Shown here piece by piece: positions 34,891-36,973 of a DNA stretch of 36,973 bases. Every line of letters starts with the position of its first letter. Within the stretch, counting starts at the first letter, position 1. The translations under genes were made by a program, and so were the position numbers. The DNA lies in IMG/VR virus record IMGVR_UViG_3300037424_002137, positions 1 through 36,973 of that record. One strand, 5' to 3'. The notes under the pieces were generated by a model. That model did no database searches and was not told the origin of the DNA. It was given only the letters and a program-made list of their open reading frames with translations. This stretch comes from a virus (taxonomy: Duplodnaviria > Caudoviricetes).

Positions 34891-35659
34891 GTACCCAATT
34901 TACGTAATTTCTAAGGGCCGCTGGGAAAACAGGCTTACTACTGATACCCTGGATAAAAGTGGGGTTAATTATCATGTTATCATTGAGCCACAAGAGCATG
35001 ATAATTATGCAAAATTTATTGAAAAAGATAAAATATTAGTATTGCCTTTTAGTAATTTGGGGTGCGGCTCAATCCCCGCCCGTAATTGGGTTTGGGAGCA
35101 TGCAATTACTATTGGTGCTAAAAAACACTGGATTTTGGACGATAATATAAGACATTTTTATGCAATGAATCATCAAAAAAGAGTAATTTTTAATGATAAA
35201 AGTGTGTTTGAATATTGTGAAAAATTTACAGATAAATATAAAAATATAGCTTTATCTGGAATGAATTATTATAAATTCGGCGTGCCGCATAATGCCGGTA
35301 TGGGGATACGCCCGGTGATTTTTAATACCCGTATCTACTCGTGCATTTTGATCAAAAATGATATCCCATACCGATGGAGGGGCCGGTACAATGAAGATAC
35401 CGACTTATCATTGCGGGTGCTGAAAGGTGGTTGGTGTACGGCACTGATAAATGCCTTTTTATGTGGAAAGCAAACAACAATGACGATGAAAGGCGGGAAC
35501 ACAGACGAACTATATAAAAATAACGGCAGATTATTGATGGCTAAATCCCTGCGCGATCAACATCCAGATGTTGTGCGGGTGGTATGGAAGTGGGGGCGAT
35601 GGCAGCACTTGGTTAATTATAGGCCATTCTCCAAAAATAAGCTATTGAGCGCCCAATGA
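34883..35659 (+). CDS. TAGT/GREB1-like glycosyltransferase (putative DNA base modification)
   Basis: YPIYVISKGR, IIEPQE, PARNWVWEH, HWILDDNI, YSCILI, GRYNEDTDLSLRVLK, MKGGNT. Confidence 0.75.
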   Translation: MIKYPIYVISKGRWENRLTTDTLDKSGVNYHVIIEPQEHDNYAKFIEKDKILVLPFSNLGCGSIPARNWVWEHAITIGAKKHWILDDNIRHFYAMNHQKRVIFNDKSVFEYCEKFTDKYKNIALSGMNYYKFGVPHNAGMGIRPVIFNTRIYSCILIKNDIPYRWRGRYNEDTDLSLRVLKGGWCTALINAFLCGKQTTMTMKGGNTDELYKNNGRLLMAKSLRDQHPDVVRVVWKWGRWQHLVNYRPFSKNKLLSAQ

Positions 35660-35669
35660 TTAGTTTAGT

Positions 35670-35867
35670 TTAGCTCATCATGCCCTCCAGATGGTCAATG
35701 AATCCTTTACTGGAATAGAATCTTCCTTTTTCATGATCACTGTTTTCGCAGCCGATTCCCTTTCTTACTTTACATATGTCATCATACCGTTCCACTGTAC
35801 AGCCGCACTCGCAGTGCTGCACGGTTGCTTGCGACAGGTACTCTCCTCTGACAAGAATCTTTTTCAT
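35670..35867 (-). CDS. Small hypothetical protein (Cys/His-containing)
   Basis: AAGGAGAATAAAAATG RBS supplied by the repeat; 65 aa. Confidence 0.65.
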   Translation of the reverse strand: MKKILVRGEYLSQATVQHCECGCTVERYDDICKVRKGIGCENSDHEKGRFYSSKGFIDHLEGMMS

Positions 35868-35871
35868 TTTT

Positions 35872-35954
35872 ATTCTCCTTTTTTGTTAATTTTTGATTTA
35901 TTTTAGCTCATCAGTGCCGGTTCTTCCGGCAGACGGGGTTTCCCCCGTTTCGCT
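35872..35954 (-). repeat. 83-bp direct repeat, copy 1 (ribozyme + A-rich leader + RBS)
   Basis: 80 of 83 positions identical to 36816-36898; offset 944 bp. Confidence 0.95.
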
Positions 35955-35955
35955 A
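35904..35955 (-). ncRNA. Type II hammerhead ribozyme, copy 1
   Basis: Minus strand: UAGC GAA A-CGGGG gaaa CCCCG-U C^ UGCCGG aagaa CCGGCA CUGAUGA GCUA. All core nucleotides and three stems are present; GUC cleavage site after 35932. Confidence 0.9.
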
Positions 35956-36180
35956 TTTAATAAAGACACGCTCTTCTATTTCCATTCCCCCAAGAAGAAC
36001 ACGAGCTCTCTCAATTCCGTCGCCATACTCCTCGATAGCAGAAAACCACACCTCATAATCGTCTTGATCCCAACATCCTTGACATTCAGGATTATTGCAC
36101 GATGAATCATGCATACTGCTATCTGGATATGCATTCTCATACCCATTACCGTAATCTACTTGATAATTATATATGCTCAT
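35953..36180 (-). CDS. Small, highly acidic hypothetical protein
   Basis: AAGGAAGG RBS; Asp/Glu/Tyr-rich with CNNPECQGC; its TAG stop forms part of ribozyme stem II. Confidence 0.65.
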   Translation of the reverse strand: MSIYNYQVDYGNGYENAYPDSSMHDSSCNNPECQGCWDQDDYEVWFSAIEEYGDGIERARVLLGGMEIEERVFIK

Positions 36181-36251
36181 TTCGCCTTCCTTTTATCCCG
36201 TAATAATTTTTTATTTCGTCTTTATTATCCAAAACGAAATTAACATCAATA

Positions 36252-36812
36252 CTATTTTCTGTCCTTTTTTTCTTTGGCATTTTCTATTAGTTCGTCTCTG
36301 AGGGCAGTAAAAAAAACATCAGTGTCGTGCAATTCTGATGAGTTTTCGTTCGCTACCTTTTCTGCATTTTTTACTATTTCAGATATTTGTTCATCCGTGG
36401 TTTCGGCAGTGATGCCATACTCTAGGCAAGTTGCAGCCATTCCTATCCCATCAAACCACTCGGCAGCATCCCATTGTTCGAATGAATCTGATTCAAATAC
36501 CCATGATTCAATCGATCCATTTTCGTCTTGCAAGCATTTTTCATAATCATCCAGGTCACGCTGTTTTGTGTATCCTAGCCTACGAGCTTCGCACTGGGCC
36601 GCGAATAGGCTATAAAATTCACCATGAGCCGTTTGGCTCACATCATTTGTTGTTCCGAGCCATCCTTTGTGGCATGGCTCTCCTGACATATTTTTTGTCC
36701 CAGGAACAGTTTGTATGTACATAATCCCGGCATCCTCGTAATAATGCCCGGATGAATCGGTTTTGTTGGGGCCAACGTATTTTACGTTAATTAGGTAATA
36801 TTGTGTTTTCAT
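36252..36812 (-). CDS. Acidic hypothetical protein
   Basis: 186 aa; AAGGAGA RBS supplied by repeat copy 2. Confidence 0.75.
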   Translation of the reverse strand: MKTQYYLINVKYVGPNKTDSSGHYYEDAGIMYIQTVPGTKNMSGEPCHKGWLGTTNDVSQTAHGEFYSLFAAQCEARRLGYTKQRDLDDYEKCLQDENGSIESWVFESDSFEQWDAAEWFDGIGMAATCLEYGITAETTDEQISEIVKNAEKVANENSSELHDTDVFFTALRDELIENAKEKKDRK

Positions 36813-36815
36813 GTC

Positions 36816-36898
36816 ATTCTCCTTTTTTGTTAATTTTTGATTTAACTTAGCTCGTCAGTGCCGGTTCTTCCGGCAGACGGGGTTTCCCCCGTTTCGCT
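36816..36898 (-). repeat. 83-bp direct repeat, copy 2
   Basis: Matches 35872-35954. Confidence 0.95.
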
Positions 36899-36899
36899 C
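36848..36899 (-). ncRNA. Type II hammerhead ribozyme, copy 2
   Basis: Minus strand: AGC GAA A-CGGGG gaaa CCCCG-U C^ UGCCGG aagaa CCGGCA CUGACGA GCU; cleavage site after 36876. Confidence 0.88.
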
Positions 36900-36906
36900 A
36901 AACGTA

Positions 36907-36972
36907 CTACGCATCTATAAATCGATCAGGGAAAAACTGCTCGATTTCCTCAGTGAGGCCGCGGCCCTCCAG
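36907..36972 (-). CDS. C-terminal fragment of a gene entering from the right edge, probably the end of the 1-160 gene
   Basis: Reads LEGRGLTEEIEQFFPDRFIDA then TAG, stopping just before hammerhead copy 2. Confidence 0.55.
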   Translation of the reverse strand: MEGRGLTEEIEQFFPDRFIDA

Positions 36973-36973
36973 C

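Noticed and set aside
35904-35955. Repeat read as a simple intrinsic terminator or tRNA fragment
   Set aside because: No U-tract follows the hairpins on the coding strand, there are no tRNA arms, and the complete hammerhead core explains the sequence better.

Overview
The window reads as an almost complete ~37-kb tailed phage genome, probably a siphovirus (tail tube and long tape measure, no sheath), and appears to be a circular molecule opened inside one gene. A rightward late operon (636-24418) carries terminase, Mu-like portal, head and neck genes, capsid, tail tube, a frameshifted chaperone pair, tape measure, tail tip and fibre. It also contains an unexpected methyltransferase and a Maf/DUF115-like gene. 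A leftward operon (29811-24419) encodes a YqaJ exonuclease, an unclassified putative annealing protein and an NSGxx-repeat protein. A rightward operon (29951-35659) encodes an HTH regulator, a DUF1376 initiator with iterons, a primase-like protein, MazG-like protein, RusA, a ParB-like protein and a TAGT/GREB1-like glycosyltransferase. I recognise no integrase, transposase, CI-size repressor or endolysin. The main find is a leftward array of small acidic genes, driven by a perfect TTGACA-17-TATAAT promoter at 427-455 and wrapping across the window ends. It is punctuated by two near-identical type II hammerhead ribozymes (35904-35955 and 36848-36899) plus a decayed third copy. Double cleavage would release a 944-nt two-gene RNA that could circularise. 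Other structured non-coding elements include tandem pseudoknots (25409-25488) and a c4/CI-like attenuator upstream of the initiator (30382-30550). All family assignments come from motif recognition by eye, not from database searches.
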